From an uncultured Nitrospirales bacterium (GTDB lineage Bacteria > Hydrogenedentota > Hydrogenedentia > Hydrogenedentales > GCA-2746185): a stretch of DNA of 46,094 nt. The translations under genes were made by a program, and so were the position numbers. The notes under the pieces were generated by a model. The model was not told where the DNA came from, searched no databases, and saw only the letters and a program-made list of their open reading frames with translations. The stretch is taken from positions 1 through 46,094 of the forward strand of contig CAYNZS010000003.1 in the NCBI GenBank assembly GCA_964401695.1. Reading direction: 5' to 3'. Numbering within the stretch: the first letter of the stretch is position 1; each line of letters starts with the position of its first letter. Positions 1 through 9,798 of this stretch are shown one piece after another.

Positions 1-220
1 AGTGGTCGGCCCACCATTTGCAACAAAATACGGTAGAGAAACCGCAAAACTCTACGCTAGACAGCAGGGCATCCAATGGGTGAAGCGAAAGGGGCGGCGA
101 ACGGCCTGACGGAGCAGCCGCAACAGCAGGACTCGTTTTGATCTCGTCAGCGTGTGTCTCTACAATGGTGTGCAACGCGCCTGAAGTGGTAGCGGGCGTC
201 GATATGGGAAATGTCGGTGG

Positions 221-1462
221 ATGCGAGCCACAACCATATTCCAGAGAGACACGCGGCTTAGCAGGTTGCGGAAATGGCGGGCGGGATGCCGCGCCGGGCC
301 TTGGGAGATCTGCGTCTTTCCGACGGAACGATGCAATTTGCGCTGCGAGATTTGTTGGCAACACTGGCTCGAAGAAGAGAAGGGCAAGATCGACCCGGCG
401 CGGGAAGTCCCCGATCAACGCCTCCTTCACCTTGTTGACGAGGCCGCGGAGTTGGGCGTACGGGATTGGGCCTTTGCCGGCGGTGGCGAACCCATGATAC
501 GCGCGGATCTGATCATGGAAATGTGCGCGCACCTTCGCCGGCGAGGCATGAACGGATTCGTCATCACCAACGGAACCCGGCTATCGGAAGAGCGCCTCAA
601 GGCCTTTGTCGATATGGGGTGGAGACGCTTGACAATCAGCCTAGACGGTCCCGACGCCGACACTAACGATGCAATCCGGAACGCCGGCACCTTCGAGAAG
701 GCGACGAACGCGTTGAAAACGCTCAAGGAAATCAAGCGTTCGTGTCATACCGATCAGCCGCTCGTCGCCACCGCCACCGTCATAACCAACCGCAATTATG
801 ACCGCCTCGAAGAACTCGTGGCGTTGGCCGCCCAGCTTGGCGTCTCCTCGATGGCGGCGAATGTGCTGCAGAGCCGGGGAACGAAGTGCGCGGCGTTTCG
901 CCTTTCCGAAGCTCAGCGGGCAGATCTTCCCCGCCACGTTGAAAAAGCCGTGGCGCTCGCCCGCAAATCGGGCATTGACGCCGGCTTCACCAGTCTTGTT
1001 ACGGACCACGAAGCGCGGGATCCCGACGGTTACGTCCAGCAAACGCCCACCGCTCCGAATCAGGCGCGCTTCGAGAATGCGCTTTGCTTCGAGCCCTTCC
1101 TCTCCATCAACATTACCGCCCAGGGCGGCCTCGCGGGGCCCTGCAGCAACTTCTGGAGCGAGGAGGCGCAAAACATTGGGGATAGTTCGTTGGAAGAAGT
1201 CTGGTTTGGGCCATATATGGAGGCCACACGCAAGGCCATCCTCACGCACGAGAAACCCCCAGGCTACTGCGCGCAGTGTTGCTCGATCCTTGACCAGCGC
1301 ACCAATGACCTTCGGGAAGGCCTGCGCTTGGCGCAGCGTTACGGCGGAGTTCTTCCCTCCGGCATCCTGGACGCCGCCAGAAGGGGCACACGCTCCCTGA
1401 AGCACCGCGGCCTACTTGGGGCCGCGCGCCACGCGTACAATCGCCTTCGAGTGCACGGCTAG
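221..1462 (+). CDS. radical SAM protein with C-terminal SPASM/twitch-like cysteine cluster
   Basis: 413-aa ORF. It has a CNLRCEICW (CxxxCxxC) radical-SAM cluster motif near the N-terminus and a GGGEP SAM-binding glycine motif. The C-terminal cysteine pattern is CFEPF...GGLAGPC...YCAQCC. Stop codon is TAG. Confidence 0.8.
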   Translation: MRATTIFQRDTRLSRLRKWRAGCRAGPWEICVFPTERCNLRCEICWQHWLEEEKGKIDPAREVPDQRLLHLVDEAAELGVRDWAFAGGGEPMIRADLIMEMCAHLRRRGMNGFVITNGTRLSEERLKAFVDMGWRRLTISLDGPDADTNDAIRNAGTFEKATNALKTLKEIKRSCHTDQPLVATATVITNRNYDRLEELVALAAQLGVSSMAANVLQSRGTKCAAFRLSEAQRADLPRHVEKAVALARKSGIDAGFTSLVTDHEARDPDGYVQQTPTAPNQARFENALCFEPFLSINITAQGGLAGPCSNFWSEEAQNIGDSSLEEVWFGPYMEATRKAILTHEKPPGYCAQCCSILDQRTNDLREGLRLAQRYGGVLPSGILDAARRGTRSLKHRGLLGAARHAYNRLRVHG

Positions 1463-1464
1463 TT

Positions 1465-1478
1465 CGGATATCTCACCG
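1465..1478 (+). repeat. solo copy of the terminal motif of the 184-nt element (CGGATATCTCACCG)
   Basis: 14/14 identical to 16321-16334. It lies 3 nt after the radical-SAM stop codon, in the 50-nt gap between convergent genes, and is preceded by GCTAG as at 16313-16318. Confidence 0.5.
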
Positions 1479-1512
1479 CAACTCCGCCGATTCGCCGTCA
1501 GCCGGGCGCTCC

Positions 1513-2985
1513 CTACTTGTCCCGCGCCACCGCCCGCTCCTTCGCCCGGGCTATGGCGGCTTTTTCAGTGCGTATATCGACCTTGGCAACGGGCCGCTTG
1601 ATCATGCGCGAGAAACCATCCCACAGCGAGCGCGCCTGCGGTAAAGTCCGAATGTCCTTGAGAAGATTGAAAACAATCTTCGGCCGGAAATAGAACTTCC
1701 GGTGAGCTTTTCGGTACAGGCTGTGCAATTCCGCGTCCGATAAATCGGAGTAGCTTCGCACGAAAAATGGGCGACCGAAGTCGTCGTACTCCATGCGGGG
1801 ATAAATCATTCCGGACATCACCAAGTCGTCATAGATGGCCGTTCCAGGCGTGGCGCGCAGGGGCGAGAACACGGCCAGATAGAGTGGCAGCGAACACGCC
1901 AATTCAATCGTCGCTTCGATATCTTCACGCGTCTCATCGGGGAAGCCCATCATGAACAGGCCGAGCGTACGAATGTTGCTGGCCCGGGCGATCATCTCCG
2001 TCTGCTCGCGGACGCGCTCGACCGTGAGCACTTTCTTAATGCTCTTCAGGATGCGGTTCGAGCCGCTTTCGATGCCAAGCGACAACCCGTAACAGCCGGC
2101 CCGTTCCATGAGCCGGACCATCTCTTCATCCAGCCGGTCGAGCCGGACGCCTTGCGGACAATTCCAGCCTATGCCGAGGTCGGCCTCGATCATCGCCTCG
2201 CAAAGCTCCATGATGAAGTCGCGGTAAAACGCGAAATTCTCGTCCACGACATCGATAGACCGCACGCCGTACTTGTCTCTCAGCAGCCGCATCTCGCCGA
2301 TAACGCTCTCGACACTCCGCGTACGAAGCGTCCGGCCTGTGAGCAAATGCGCACCGCAAAATGTGCAAAGGTACGGGCAGCCCCGCGTAATCGTCATCGG
2401 CGCTGCCGGAAAATCTCGCGTCATGAACGAAAAACCGTACTTGTACTTACGCGGATCGATGAGATCCCACGCCGGCAAAGGCGACGAATCCAAATCGTCT
2501 ACCAGCACCTTCTCGTTGTGGCAGACCTCGCCTTCCGAGTCCCTCCAAATGAGGCCGCCGATGTGGTCCAGTTTCGTGTCGCCATTCGCGACCGCGTCCA
2601 GCAACGGAACAAACCCCGGCTCGCCTTCGCCGCCGATAGCGTAATCCATGCCGGGAACTTGCTCGAAAAGCTTTTCCGGTTTCTCCGTGCTCGGGTGAGG
2701 ACCGCCCAGAATCACGGCCGTGTCCTCGGAAATCGCTTTGACCTTGTCCGTCATGATGATGACGTATTCCATATCCGTCGTATACGCCTTCATCGCGGCC
2801 ACATCCGGCCCATATTCGCGCACCGCCCTCTCGAAGTCATCCAAATCCAGTCCATCGCGCAGACAATCGAGAATCGTGGCCTCATGTCCCGCATTCCGCG
2901 CCAACGACGCAAGATAGCCCAGCCCAATATCCGGAGTCGTCTTAAAACGCTCGTCCGACCAAGGCGTAATAAACATGATCTTCAT
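1513..2985 (-). CDS. B12-binding-domain (class B) radical SAM enzyme
   Basis: 490-aa ORF. The N-terminal cobalamin-binding-like region (MKIMFITPW..., ILGGPHPS) is followed by TRGCPYLCTFCG (CxxxCxxC). The ATG at 2985 is preceded by GAGGA. Confidence 0.85.
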   Translation of the reverse strand: MKIMFITPWSDERFKTTPDIGLGYLASLARNAGHEATILDCLRDGLDLDDFERAVREYGPDVAAMKAYTTDMEYVIIMTDKVKAISEDTAVILGGPHPSTEKPEKLFEQVPGMDYAIGGEGEPGFVPLLDAVANGDTKLDHIGGLIWRDSEGEVCHNEKVLVDDLDSSPLPAWDLIDPRKYKYGFSFMTRDFPAAPMTITRGCPYLCTFCGAHLLTGRTLRTRSVESVIGEMRLLRDKYGVRSIDVVDENFAFYRDFIMELCEAMIEADLGIGWNCPQGVRLDRLDEEMVRLMERAGCYGLSLGIESGSNRILKSIKKVLTVERVREQTEMIARASNIRTLGLFMMGFPDETREDIEATIELACSLPLYLAVFSPLRATPGTAIYDDLVMSGMIYPRMEYDDFGRPFFVRSYSDLSDAELHSLYRKAHRKFYFRPKIVFNLLKDIRTLPQARSLWDGFSRMIKRPVAKVDIRTEKAAIARAKERAVARDK

Positions 2986-3212
2986 GACACAATATCCTCA
3001 GCAACTAGGCCGCTTCGGGCGGACTAGGCAAAAGGCCCACATGAAAGGCGAACACCGAAACCGAGCCAAATCCTTCCCAGGAACAGAGCTGAATTCCAGG
3101 CGCACGACCGCTACTATCGACAATCCAAGTACGCTAGTGTAGCACGATTAGGGGAGCGGGCCGGCGCTGGCGAACGGACGATTACGGGCGAGTAGCTGCT
3201 TAACTCGCAGTT

Positions 3213-3986
3213 CTAGCTGGGCAGCTTCGCTACTTCCTCCTCCGCATCGAGCAACCCGGGAAGCTCCGCCGAAGGCATAAAAGCGCCACCAGAAATGATC
3301 AGTTTCATCGCGTCTTCCACCGAGATATCGAGTGTTTTGATTTCGTTCGGATCGACGTAGAGCAGAAAGCCCGATGTTGGATTGGGTGTCGTTGGCAAGA
3401 AAATGGAAATCTGCGGAATGCCCGTGGTGCGCTGTACCAAGCCTTGCTCGCGGGACGTCACGAAGGCTACCGCATAGATCCCTTTGCGCGGGTATTCGAC
3501 AAGGCAGACTTCCTGAAACACCGCGCCGCCGCGATTGATGAATACATCGCGGATCTGCTGCACGGCCTTGTATACGTTCTTGATGAACGGTATTCGGTTG
3601 AGGATCTGTTCGCCGTACAGAATGGTCTTTCGGCCAACCAAGTAGCGCGTGAAAAAGCCGGTTGTCAAGAACAAGCCGGCCGCGATCAGGAATCCGGTCT
3701 TGAATCCAGTACCAGGGACGTATTCGATTGTAGTGAGATATTGCAGCCGCTCGTACTTCTCCCCGATCGCGTTGACCTGCCCGTAAAGGCTTTCGATGAT
3801 GCTCGCGACGCCGCCGCCAACCTTTTTGAACAGCCATATCGTCAGCCATACGGTGACAATCAACGGCATCCAGACCAGCAGTCCCGTCATCAAATAGAAG
3901 CGCAACTGCTTGAAATACTGAATCAGAAATCGAAACAACGGACTGGCTTCGCTGAGCTTCTTCTTTTGTTTTTTTTTGGCCATCAT
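3213..3986 (-). CDS. DUF502 family membrane protein
   Basis: 257-aa ORF. A Lys-rich N-terminus is followed by two or more TM helices. The conserved PTTPNPTSGFLLYV...MKLIISGG block is typical of DUF502. Confidence 0.75.
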   Translation of the reverse strand: MMAKKKQKKKLSEASPLFRFLIQYFKQLRFYLMTGLLVWMPLIVTVWLTIWLFKKVGGGVASIIESLYGQVNAIGEKYERLQYLTTIEYVPGTGFKTGFLIAAGLFLTTGFFTRYLVGRKTILYGEQILNRIPFIKNVYKAVQQIRDVFINRGGAVFQEVCLVEYPRKGIYAVAFVTSREQGLVQRTTGIPQISIFLPTTPNPTSGFLLYVDPNEIKTLDISVEDAMKLIISGGAFMPSAELPGLLDAEEEVAKLPS

Positions 3987-4198
3987 TGAGTGCGCGCACC
4001 TATGGCTTCATGGAGTCGCGGGTTCGATCTCGCCCAACACGCGCCCAAACCCGCAACAGCCCCTGCCACACGGGTATTTCATTGTACCTGATATCCCCGG
4101 CGCAGCCAAGAGGTTTCGCAAGACACACGCCGAAAAAGGGGCTAGCCTTCACAGATCCCAGAAGGTCTTGCGGCAGAAACAAGAAAAGGCTGAATCTA

Positions 4199-4236
4199 AA
4201 CCCCCTCCCCGGTTTAGGGAGGAGCTGGGGGAGGGT
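4199..4236. repeat. C-run/G-run palindromic repeat (family E, CCCCTCCCCRGTTTAGGG type)
   Basis: AACCCCCTCCCCGGTTTAGGGAGGAGCTGGGGGAGGGT; the CCCCCTCCCC and GGGGAGGG arms are complementary. A related copy is at 45940-45965 and a degenerate one at 42245-42275. Confidence 0.6.
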
Positions 4237-4455
4237 CGATATTCTACAATTTACACCGGCACGAGGGTGCGGCACTCCTAAGAGACACCTGTGATCTCAT
4301 AACTTCTTGTTGTTCAAAAGCACGAACGTGGAACCGCCGCCCCCGGCGGTCGACCTATTCCGGTAGCGACTCTCTTGTCTTTGCTTCAAGTGATTCCCTA
4401 GAATGGCCACTCGCCCTCTGGCACCGGCCCGGTTTGCATCCTATGGGAGTGAAAA

Positions 4456-6186
4456 TTGCCCTCTGACTTCTTGAGGCGTTGGAGCGTTCTCATTCTTCCC
4501 ACTCGCGTGGTCGGTTTCGCCACCGCTTGTTGCTTTTCCGTCGCATCCTTTTCGCAGGGCTTCGACGTTGTGTTTCGCGGCGGGGATGTCATGGACGGTG
4601 CCGGATCGCCGGCGTTTCGGGCTGATGTAGGTGTTGTCGCCGACCGGATCGAGGCTATAGGGGATCTATCGGCGGCCGCGGCGGACCGCATTGTTGACAT
4701 TTCCGGGAAGACGATCATCCCGGGAATCATCGATCTGCACAGTCACGCGGACGAGAGGGACGCGTCTGCCGGCCTTCGCGCGAAAGAACCGAAGCGCCGC
4801 GCCGCGCCGAATTTGGTGAGTCAGGGCGTGACGGCGCTTGTCGCGAATCAGGATGGGCGGAGCCCGCTCAACATTCTAGGACAACGCAACCAACTGGCGG
4901 TTCGACGGTTCGGGCCGAACGCGGTGTTGATGGCAGGACACAACTCGCTGCGCCGCGCGGCGATGGGCAACGATGCGGAGCGTCCCGCGACGACTGACGA
5001 GATTCATGTGATGGCGGCCCTGTTGCGGACGGGCATGGAAGCGGGGGCCTATGGCCTTAGCGCGGGCCTTGAGTACGAGCCTGGGCGTTGGAGCGAAACG
5101 TCAGAACTTGAGGCGCTTGTGCGAGTCGTCAAGCCCTATGGCGGCGTCTACATCGTCCATGAGCGGGCATCGGGAAGCGATCCTGTGTGGTACATGCCGA
5201 GCCATGACGGGCCCGGCGCGCCAACGATGTTGGACTCGATAATGGAAACCATCGCCATCTGCGAGGCCACGGGCGTGATTTCAGTAGCGACCCACATCAA
5301 AGCGAGGGGCGAGGACTATTGGGGCCAAAGCCGGGCCATCGTGAACGCCATCGAAAGCGCGCGCGCGAGGGGCGTAAAGATTTTCGCAGACCAGTATCCC
5401 TACACTACGTCAGGGAGCGATGGTGTGTTTTCCCTGTTGCCGCGCTGGATCCTCGACGAGACGCGTCACCTGCGATTGGGGAACGAAAAGGATTTCGGCC
5501 TGGCGCTCAAACACATCTTGTCGGATCCAGAGAAAAACGGCGCCCTGCGCCGCGACGTGGAACGACAAGTTCGACGACGCGGAGGCGCGGAACATATCGT
5601 TGTGTTCGGCCATCCCGATCCGGGGTGCGTTGGACGGAGCCTGGCGGCAATCGCCGCGGCGAACGAGGTTGCGCCAGTCGAAATGGCCTTGCGTTTCCAG
5701 TTCGACGGATATCCGGATCGTTTCGGTGGCGTTCAGCTTCGCGGCTTCTCCATGTCCGAAGACGACATCGAATATTTTGTCGCGCAGCCCTGGGTGGCAA
5801 CGGCCTCCGACGCGGGAATTACCTTGCCCACCGACGGCCTCGTCCACGCGCGTTTTTACGGAACGTTTCCCCGGAAAATCCGGGAGTACGCGTTGAAACG
5901 GGGTGTGCTTTCCGTCGAGCAGGCAGTACGTTCCATGACTTCTCTTCCCGCCGAAATCCTGGGCATGAGCAAGCGGGGCCGGGTGGCGCAGGGCCATTTC
6001 GCCGACTTGGCGGTGATCGACCTCTCAACGATCCGCGATACCACCACCTTCCTCAAGCCCCATCAATACGCCGAAGGAATCGAATACGTGCTGGTGAACG
6101 GCGTGTTCGTTGTGGATGGCGGCGAATTGACTTGGGCGCTGCCCGGACGCGTGCTTACGCCACGGAATTCGCAAGAAAGAAATTAG
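4456..6186 (+). CDS. N-acyl-D-amino-acid deacylase (D-aminoacylase) family amidohydrolase, with signal peptide
   Basis: 576-aa ORF. A hydrophobic N-terminus precedes DVVFRGGDVMDG...GKTIIPGIIDLHSHAD, the metal-binding HxH of amidohydrolases. The start is TTG, preceded by GGGAG at 4445-4449. Confidence 0.8.
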   Translation: MPSDFLRRWSVLILPTRVVGFATACCFSVASFSQGFDVVFRGGDVMDGAGSPAFRADVGVVADRIEAIGDLSAAAADRIVDISGKTIIPGIIDLHSHADERDASAGLRAKEPKRRAAPNLVSQGVTALVANQDGRSPLNILGQRNQLAVRRFGPNAVLMAGHNSLRRAAMGNDAERPATTDEIHVMAALLRTGMEAGAYGLSAGLEYEPGRWSETSELEALVRVVKPYGGVYIVHERASGSDPVWYMPSHDGPGAPTMLDSIMETIAICEATGVISVATHIKARGEDYWGQSRAIVNAIESARARGVKIFADQYPYTTSGSDGVFSLLPRWILDETRHLRLGNEKDFGLALKHILSDPEKNGALRRDVERQVRRRGGAEHIVVFGHPDPGCVGRSLAAIAAANEVAPVEMALRFQFDGYPDRFGGVQLRGFSMSEDDIEYFVAQPWVATASDAGITLPTDGLVHARFYGTFPRKIREYALKRGVLSVEQAVRSMTSLPAEILGMSKRGRVAQGHFADLAVIDLSTIRDTTTFLKPHQYAEGIEYVLVNGVFVVDGGELTWALPGRVLTPRNSQERN

Positions 6187-7706
6187 GCGACGGCGGAAGA
6201 CGCGACTTCCTTTCTCAAGCGTTTCCGGTCTATCTTCCCGTTGGCGTTTTTCGGCAGTTCCTCGCGAAATTCGAAGCGCGACGGTATCTTGAATTTGGTG
6301 ATGAATTTCGACAGGTGTTCGCGCAGGCTCTCCTCGTCCGTTTTCTGGCCGGGCGCGAACGCGATCACCGCGCAGATGCCTTCGCCGTAGGTGTTGCTCG
6401 GAACACCCACAACCGAGACTTCTGCGACAGCGGGATGTTCATATAAAGACTCTTCGATCTCGCGCGGCGAGATGTTCTCCCCGCCTTTGATGATGAGATC
6501 CTTTATCCGGTCGGTAAGGAACAGGTAACCGTCTTCATCCAGATAGCCGATGTCCTCCGAATGAAGCCAGCTGCCGCGTAACGCGTGGCGCGATGCGTCC
6601 TCATCCTTGAGATATCCCATCATCACGTTCGGGCCCTGGATGCAAATCTCGCCCAATTCGCCCGGCGGCAACTCGATTCCGGATTCGTTTTGAATGGATA
6701 CCTTTACTCCAGGAATCGGGTGACCAACTGAGCCAGGCCGGAGCGACTCCGAGGCATGATAAGAGCAAGCGGTCGGCGCGCTCTCGGACATGCCGTAGCC
6801 GTCGAGGATTTTGCACTGGTACAACTCCTCGAACTTGAGGCGGACGTCGTTGGGCAAGATGGCACCGCCGCTGTTAATCACCTCGAGGCTCGACGTGTCG
6901 AAGCGCTCGCGCTCGGGCGCATTGATGAGGCGCACCAACATGGTGGGAACCGCCGAAAAGCGGGTCACCTTGTATCGTTCGATAGCTTCTAGGATTTCGG
7001 CCGTATCGAATTTGCGGTGAATCGACGCGGTCGCGCCGAAGATCGAGCAGAGGTTCATGATCATCACGCCGAAAGCGTGGCTCAAAGGCAGGCACAGCAG
7101 CGTGGAAGACCGTTCCTCCATCCGCTTAAACTGGGCTAGGGCGGTGTGATTGCTCACGATGTTCGAGTGCGAAAGCATAACGCCTTTCGGTTGCCCCGTC
7201 GTTCCCGACGTGTACAGGAGAAAAGCCATGTCATCGTCCGCGCGGTCGACATGTCCATCGCGCTCGTCGGCGCCGGCGATTGCCTCGTAAATATTCGAAA
7301 AGCCATCGGATTCCGATTCGCCGATGATGAGCCAGTGGCGCAATCCCTCCCCCCCCGCCGCGGCGCTACGTATGCGTGGCGCCAGCTCGGGAGACGTGAT
7401 GACCGCGACGGCGTCGGAGTGGCCCATCACATACTTGATTTCACGTTCGCCGAGTTGTGGGGTGATCGGCACGATCACCGCGCCGATCTTCCAGATGGCC
7501 TGGAAGCAGGCCAGCACTTCGGGGCAGTTGTGCATGACCACAAGGACGCGGTCCCCAGCTTTCACGCCACGCTCGCGCAGCACGGTCGCAAGGCGGGCGC
7601 TGAACGTGGCATGCTCCACACTCGATACCGAACGGCCATCGGCATGGAAGGCGGTATAGTCGCCATACTTGTCAATACTGTCCAAAGCCAACTGGGCCGC
7701 GTTCAT
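6183..7706 (-). CDS. AMP-dependent acyl-CoA synthetase/ligase (adenylate-forming enzyme)
   Basis: Contains the LLYTSGTTGQPKGVMLSH AMP-binding signature, plus GYGMSE and a C-terminal GKIDRKRL motif. I place the start at the internal ATG at 7706 (MNAAQLALDS...) because the upstream ORF extension looks non-protein-like. Confidence 0.9.
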   Translation of the reverse strand: MNAAQLALDSIDKYGDYTAFHADGRSVSSVEHATFSARLATVLRERGVKAGDRVLVVMHNCPEVLACFQAIWKIGAVIVPITPQLGEREIKYVMGHSDAVAVITSPELAPRIRSAAAGGEGLRHWLIIGESESDGFSNIYEAIAGADERDGHVDRADDDMAFLLYTSGTTGQPKGVMLSHSNIVSNHTALAQFKRMEERSSTLLCLPLSHAFGVMIMNLCSIFGATASIHRKFDTAEILEAIERYKVTRFSAVPTMLVRLINAPERERFDTSSLEVINSGGAILPNDVRLKFEELYQCKILDGYGMSESAPTACSYHASESLRPGSVGHPIPGVKVSIQNESGIELPPGELGEICIQGPNVMMGYLKDEDASRHALRGSWLHSEDIGYLDEDGYLFLTDRIKDLIIKGGENISPREIEESLYEHPAVAEVSVVGVPSNTYGEGICAVIAFAPGQKTDEESLREHLSKFITKFKIPSRFEFREELPKNANGKIDRKRLRKEVASSAVA

Positions 7707-8419
7707 CGAGGAAATGTCCTTCCCAAAGAATACCAGGGAGCAAGTGGCAGAAAATCGGAACGGAAGGGTACTCGACAGAAAAGAAGGATGCAACTGGAAC
7801 GCGGGTCGCGAGCCCTATTGATATAGGCCTTTCCCTATCGAAAATACGCGAGGCGTCTTACCGCGCCGGCTGGAAAGACAGGTCACAGCTGCAACCCGAG
7901 TTGCTTTTCAATGAGCCGAGCCACCCGGTTCCTCATCAGATCCGATCGTCATGTGGTAGGAAGTGTCGATGTTTCCCTTGAGTTCGTCAAGCGTACGTGT
8001 ATACGGGGCCGCGCTTATTGGGTTCGGCATGTTCCATGAGTTCCTCAAGATGCCGGATTGTGTTCGGTGAGAGCAGCATGTCCGAAAACACATCACATAC
8101 TTCAGCTGGAACATCCTCGAACACAAGTACGCCCTCTCCGCGCTCCTTCCGCACACCGGGCAGCATCTCTGATTCGACAGGGCGACTTTGCTTTCGCCCG
8201 CCTGTTCCGATGGTGTGCGCACGGCGTCCTTGGCTGCCGCGTAAACGCGGAGAGCCAAGGCTTCGATCATAACCTGCCTGGCTACTAGACACCACATGGA
8301 GCATAGCTACACGTTACGGAGGCCTCAGGTGCCCTTGAAAGGCCCAGGCTCCATCGTTTCCAAATGAAGCGCAACGAATCAGGGGGCACCTATCCCTTCT
8401 TGGCCTACGGGGCCTACTT

Positions 8420-9262
8420 CTATTTCTTGGCACCTCTGAGGTCGCCATACGGCGTGTCGCGCCAGGTGAAGGCTTCTTTGAGGCCCACTTCCTTGATTTT
8501 GTTTCTGAGTTCGACGGCGCTTGTGGTGCTCGCGTAGATGTAGTCGTAATCGGCGGCGGCCATGACGGAGGATTCCATCCCCATCGCTTGGTACCAGCGG
8601 TTCATGGCCTCCTTCTGAACGGCCAGGGAGTCGGAGGCCTGATTGGCGATTCGTTCGGCGAGTTTGGTGACTTCCTCTTCGAGCTTGTCGCTGGGGACGG
8701 CTCTGTTGATCATGCCGTATTCCGCCGCTTCGGTGCCGCTGATGACGTCGCCGGTGTACATCAATTCCTTGGCCTTCCTCATGCCCATAATGATGGGCCA
8801 GCCGCACGAGTTCCGCGGGTGTCCAAGCCCGCGAATGCCGGGGTGCCCGATCTTGGCGTCTTCCGCCGCGATGACGAGGTCGGCCATCATGGCGTATTCG
8901 CAACTGCCGGCGAGGCAGTAGCCGTGTACCTGCGCGATGGTGACTTTCGGGAGATTGAAGAGGAACATCTGGCGGCGCGCGCCATCTTGTAGATCTTGGC
9001 GGGCGGAGGTCATCCTGGACTGTGTGTGCTCGGGGCCCGATCCGCCTCCCGATAGGTCGTAGCCCGCTCCAAAGCCACGCCCAGACCCCCTCAGGACGAC
9101 AACCCTCACATCGTCGTCCCAAGCGACTTCTTTCAACGCGTGCTCAAGTTCGGTCAGCAGTTCATGGTTGAGGGAATTTAATTTTTCCGGCCTGTTCAAA
9201 GTGATTCGACCGATCCGGTCTTGTGTGCCGTAGCGGTCGTAAGTGATCGTCTTGTACTCCAT
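8420..9262 (-). CDS. enoyl-CoA hydratase/isomerase (crotonase) family protein
   Basis: Contains RITLNRPEKLNSLN and GAGYDLSG crotonase motifs. The ATG at 9262 (MEYKTITY) is preceded by AAGGA, and the 17 upstream codons of the ORF-track model are Arg/Lys-rich filler. Confidence 0.9.
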   Translation of the reverse strand: MEYKTITYDRYGTQDRIGRITLNRPEKLNSLNHELLTELEHALKEVAWDDDVRVVVLRGSGRGFGAGYDLSGGGSGPEHTQSRMTSARQDLQDGARRQMFLFNLPKVTIAQVHGYCLAGSCEYAMMADLVIAAEDAKIGHPGIRGLGHPRNSCGWPIIMGMRKAKELMYTGDVISGTEAAEYGMINRAVPSDKLEEEVTKLAERIANQASDSLAVQKEAMNRWYQAMGMESSVMAAADYDYIYASTTSAVELRNKIKEVGLKEAFTWRDTPYGDLRGAKK

Positions 9263-9369
9263 TGAAATTCCATCCTTTCGCTTTTGTCCTTGCCAACGGC
9301 GAGAATTGCGCACGCAACCCCCAATGTCGTCATCCTAGTGTATCGATTAATGCTATTTCCATCTTATCC

Positions 9370-9448
9370 GTCATGCTGAACGAAGCGAAGGTTCTCGATT
9401 TCGTTGGGCCTCTGGCGTATCGAGATCCTTCACTTCGTTCAGGATGAC
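9370..9448. repeat. 79-nt long-hairpin repeat (family A, GTCATSCTGAACGAAG type)
   Basis: Arm 9370-9399 (GTCATGCTGAACGAAGCGAAGGTTCTCGAT) is complementary to arm 9419-9448 at 27 of 30 positions, with a 19-nt loop. Confidence 0.75.
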
Positions 9449-9508
9449 AGAAAACGCATGCTTTGCCTTGCTTTCAAGAGCTGCGCCAATTGTGAGTCAA
9501 TGCACTGG

Positions 9509-9644
9509 CCCGGTTATCTCACCGGTTTTCGTGGCGAAACGGTGGAGAAGGTTGTTGTGTCGAGACTTATTCGAAGCAGGCGTTACAAGGCAAGACCCGC
9601 GGACGGCAGCGTGGCGGGTCACGTCGAGATCGAAAGGCGAGAGA
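9509..9644 (+). repeat. truncated 5-prime copy of the 184-nt inverted-terminus element
   Basis: Aligns to 16319-16434 at about 92% identity (100 of 109 alignable nt by hand) with one 18-nt indel. The 3-prime third and the closing arm are missing. Confidence 0.7.
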
Positions 9645-9798
9645 TTGAATGTGGGACCGTTTCAAGAAGGGGCGCCTTTCATTGCAACAGGGATGCCCCC
9701 GTTTCCGCGGACTTCTTCAAGGGTCGCAAAAAGAAGGCAAAATCGTTGACCGCGAGGGCCGTCCAGATGACGGATTCTCGGCCCCTATCTACCCGTGC

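Noticed and set aside
76-141. 21-aa ORF (MGEAKGAANGLTEQPQQQDSF) upstream of the SPASM radical-SAM gene, as a RiPP precursor.
   Set aside because: It has a weak RBS and lacks Cys or other residues typical of known radical-SAM RiPP cores. A single short ORF in a GC-rich leader is expected by chance.
4017-4045. tRNA-like T-arm sequence (GCGGGTTCGATCTCGCC) in the DUF502 / D-aminoacylase gap. Possible tRNA gene or att-site remnant.
   Set aside because: The bases flanking the TTCGATC loop do not pair (GCGGG versus TCGCC). No acceptor, D or anticodon arms can be drawn from the upstream 60 nt.
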